Made by a program: the position numbers and the translations under genes
Assembly (NCBI RefSeq): GCF_038025025.1
Contig: NW_027117338.1
Location: 1,736,001-1,800,000, forward strand
Direction of reading: 5' to 3'
Source: Phyllosticta citribraziliensis
Taxonomy: Eukaryota
Length of the DNA stretch: 64,000 nucleotides
Notes under the pieces: model-generated
Told to the model about the DNA's origin: nothing
Seen by the model: the letters and a program-made list of their open reading frames with translations, nothing else
The model's database searches: none
In this document: piece by piece, positions 61,039 through 64,000 of the stretch
How positions within the stretch are numbered: position 1 is the stretch's first letter
Layout: each line of letters opens with the position of its first letter

Positions 61039-62583
61039 CTAATTGGTCCTCTTGATATTAGATGAATCAGAGTCTTCGGGTGACTGCTTTGATTCAAGAG
61101 GATCTGGGAAGGTAACTCGGGATCGGATCACCTGCGTGAGTGCATACGGCGCCTCTTCGTGAACTCCATATACAACGTTCAGCCATTCCAGTGCCTTTCC
61201 AACGCGAGAATTAAACTGAACCGTCATGATCTTGTCCTCTGGTGGGTTGCCTACGACTCGAGATTGATCCAGCAATGCGTAGAGTGGGACATCGGGAGGC
61301 GGTGTCTCGCCAGACAGAATTTCTCTGCGCTGACTTGTCGTGAGATTGAATATGCGGAATGTCGGTTTCAAGTCTTCTGCCTGCATTTCCTCTATTTTCC
61401 TCCGAACCTCTTGGTCTGAGATTTCGTCAAGCCGGGCACCGTACAGCTCACCCAGGTTGAAGATCTCGTTGACACCGCCTGCGCGTGCTGCTTGCGACGT
61501 GTGTTCAAACCACTTTAAGCTCCATTTCCGTCCGCTCGCGGCTTCGAGTGCTGCGAGATTGGCATGCGCTTCCGGTTCATCGCCGCCTTGGGTTGCCTTT
61601 TCATAGGCTTCAATTGCGCCTGCACGGTTCCCTTTCTCTTGGAGATATCGCCCGAGCGCCATCCAAGCGGTCGTCTTGTAAAAAGTTTCGGACGCTTCAA
61701 GCCACTGGTCTTTGATACTCTTCTTTTTCTTGCCGAAGATCGATGTGGCCTCTGGTTTTGAGGCCTCGGGTAGCTCGAGCTGCAATACTTCTTGCACGAG
61801 TTTGATCGCGCGGTCCAACTGGCCTCGACTGCGAGTAAGCTCCGCGGATAGCATCATTGCTTGCGGATCCTTCCTTTGAGCGAGCAAGTCTAATTGGGTC
61901 ATGACGGGAGCAAGCTCCATCGAGTTCATGATTTTGACCTCCAGGCCACGGCCCTGTTCGTTTGCGCGTTGCAAGAGGAACACGACTGCCTGCTTATTCC
62001 CATTGGCAGCAAGGGCAAACAACAGCCTTTTTCCGACTTGACGCGCAAGTTGCGGCTGATGCGGGAATGAAAGACAGCGGGCAACGGTGTAAATTTCATG
62101 CAGTGATATTTGGTGGTCTAAATGGGGTTGCAGGCGTTAGAAATGCGGCCGTGCCTCAAATCAATTCCCACAGCACAGAGATGGAAATTTTTCACATCTA
62201 TGCGGAGGATTCCAAGACTTACGATCTGCTTCGGGCACAATCTTTTTGCTGGCCTGTGGTTGAGTTGCACCGGTGAAGGCTTGGAGGATAGGTCTTATCC
62301 GCTCCTTCATAGCATTGCCAACGACGGAAAAGTCAACAGTCTCCAGCAAAGTGGTGGCGGCATCCTTTGATGATTCGCCATAGTCTGTTGGCCCAACTGG
62401 AAAACCACGTCGGACCGGCACTTTTCTTGGTGCTCTTCTGGGCGTTTTTAGAGCATAGCCGCGCTGTTGGTAGACAACACGTTCTGGGTTCTCAAAACGA
62501 CAGAACAGGCAGGTCCTCTGGACTGCATTGACAGGCGTTGGAAAATTCCTTAAGAATCCGCGATGGAGCTGTTGGCGGAGCAT
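61039..62583 (-). CDS. Hypothetical mitochondrial protein with TPR/Sel1-like helices; exons 62583-62223, 62117-61039 (3' end less certain)
   Basis: Arg-rich presequence-like start MLRQQLHRGFLRNF; intron GTAAGT..CTAAC..TAG joins two ORFs in frame; AWMALGRYLQEKGNRAGAIEAYEKA is TPR-like. Confidence 0.7.
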
Positions 62584-62863
62584 GTTTCGGTGACGTTGAT
62601 AAGTCAAGATCGGCTCTGGTTCTGAATCCGGGTGCAGTCGGGCCGGTCAACGGAGACGGAGATTCTAATAGTCCGTTCTGCCGGGCGGTAAGAGATTTTC
62701 TTCGCCCAGATGTTTGAGAGCTCGGGACTTTTTTTGGTGGGTCAACGCAGAACGGGCCTCCATGTTTTCGCGCGTCGTCCACAGCGCCCGCGCTTTGCTG
62801 ACTCGCTCGCCTTCAAAGTCTTCCGAGACGCCTACCGCAGTTTCAAACGACGAAGCAGCCGCC

Positions 62864-64000
62864 ATGGTAGCAACGCGCAGTGGCGCCGACACAAACAGCC
62901 CTCTTACAAGCTCGGCTACTCGTTCTGCGCGGAAAAGGTTCCAAGACGACACTCCCAATGGCACGCCTACGCGCAACAACAAGAAGAGAAAGTCTTCGGA
63001 AGACGAGGAAGAGCTGGAAACTCCCAAGATTTCTCTCTTAGCCCGCGAGGAGCCGCAGTCGACACCAAACACACAAACCACCAAGACCTCTGAGCCCTCC
63101 TCCGAGACACCAAAGAGAGGTCGAGGTCGTCCGAGAAGAAGCGACAATTCTCTCCTGGAGCAAGTGGTCACACCAAACCAGGCGGATAAGAAGGGCAAAG
63201 CTAGCGCAGAGACCCCACGGGAGAAAGAGACATCAGAGCAACAGGATGGCAACCAGGACGACGCGTCAATCTATAGTACTCCGGCGGATGACGACGACGA
63301 TGAATCGATTTACGCAACGCCCGCGACAACTCTTCGTCCCACTCTTCGTGGTTCCGCACGGCCAACTCCCGCATCTGTCACACCCAAACCCCGTGGTCGA
63401 GCTGCAAGAAACACGCCCTCGAAGCCGTCCAGATTGATATCTTCTCAGACCATTGATGAGGGTGAGGAGGAGAAGACCCCCAAGCCTGAGCCCTCCAAGG
63501 TGGCAAACAAACCGAGGATCATTCGCTTTGGAAGCGAGGATCCTCCAGCGGTCCCAGAGCCAGCGCCGGAACCGCCAAAGAAGACTGAGATTCCGTCGTC
63601 CTCTGCGGATGAGGACAGTGAGGATGAGGCTCCAGAAGCCGTCACTGCTAGCTCTGCACGCGAACAAGCTCGCGCCGCAGAGGAGGATGCGGCCAAAGCC
63701 GTCAAGGAGTATGTTGTCCCAAACTCGTTTGAAATCCAGCTCGCTGACATTATACCAGACAAGAGGCCGCCGCCAAGAGGAAACGCCAGGAGCGTGAAGC
63801 GCGTCTGCGAGAGCAAGCCGCAGCCTCCAAGCGTCGGAAGCAGAAGGAAACCGAATCGAAGCTTGAACCCGAGGATGATAGCCCTCCTGCCGACGTCGCT
63901 TCCAGCACCACAATTACGGCCTCCAATCCTGCCGCTCTGTCCAAGCCCGCTTACAATCTGCAAAACATCCCCGATCTGCTTCCCGATGAGTTGCTCGCGG
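62864..64000 (+). CDS. Partial nuclear protein, probably U3 snoRNA-associated Bud21/Utp16-like, with an AT-hook; intron 63709-63758; runs off the window
   Basis: GCCATGG start MVATRS; KRGRGRPRR; DSEDEAPEAV..AAKAVKEQEAAAKRKRQERE and IPDLLPDELLA; absent from the ORF track because no stop is reached in the window. Confidence 0.65.
   Translation, partial: MVATRSGADTNSPLTSSATRSARKRFQDDTPNGTPTRNNKKRKSSEDEEELETPKISLLAREEPQSTPNTQTTKTSEPSSETPKRGRGRPRRSDNSLLEQVVTPNQADKKGKASAETPREKETSEQQDGNQDDASIYSTPADDDDDESIYATPATTLRPTLRGSARPTPASVTPKPRGRAARNTPSKPSRLISSQTIDEGEEEKTPKPEPSKVANKPRIIRFGSEDPPAVPEPAPEPPKKTEIPSSSADEDSEDEAPEAVTASSAREQARAAEEDAAKAVKEYVVPNSFEIQLADIIPDKRPPPRGNARSVKRVCESKPQPPSVGSRRKPNRSLNPRMIALLPTSLPAPQLRPPILPLCPSPLTICKTSPICFPMSCSR

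Overview
Gene-dense, intron-containing DNA from a filamentous ascomycete (Pezizomycotina; short GT-AG introns with CTRAC/CTAAT branch sites). No transposon, tRNA, rRNA or CRISPR array was recognised. About 26 protein-coding genes were reconstructed by manual splicing: a Uds1-domain protein, a GIT1-like MFS permease, a membrane-anchored M24 peptidase, a DUF3431 protein, a GPI-type S10 carboxypeptidase, a PrnX/ornithine cyclodeaminase-family protein, RPL8 (eL8), an ING/Pho23-like PHD protein, an asteroid/XPG-like protein, a secreted Gly/Gln repeat protein, YggS/PLPBP, MTG1, a BOR1/SLC4-family transporter, an Acinus-like SAP protein, TMEM184/OSTalpha, a probable Atg38/NRBF2, a GRAM-VASt (Lam/Ltc) lipid-transfer protein, CPA1/arg-2, a GH3 beta-glucosidase, a partial Bud21/Utp16-like gene and several hypotheticals. 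The best hidden element, absent from the ORF track, is the arginine attenuator peptide uORF ([24 protein letters not shown]). It is split over three exons, including a 13-nt microexon, upstream of CPA1, and two perfect Gcn4/CpcA sites lie inside introns of this locus. Other candidates: a strong-Kozak uORF abutting the borate-transporter start, a GC-AG intron splitting the GH3 catalytic SDW motif, a silk/glutenin-like secreted repeat protein, an Atg38-like protein with an AIM, and G-quadruplex tracts flanking TMEM184. All family calls come from remembered motifs, not database searches.
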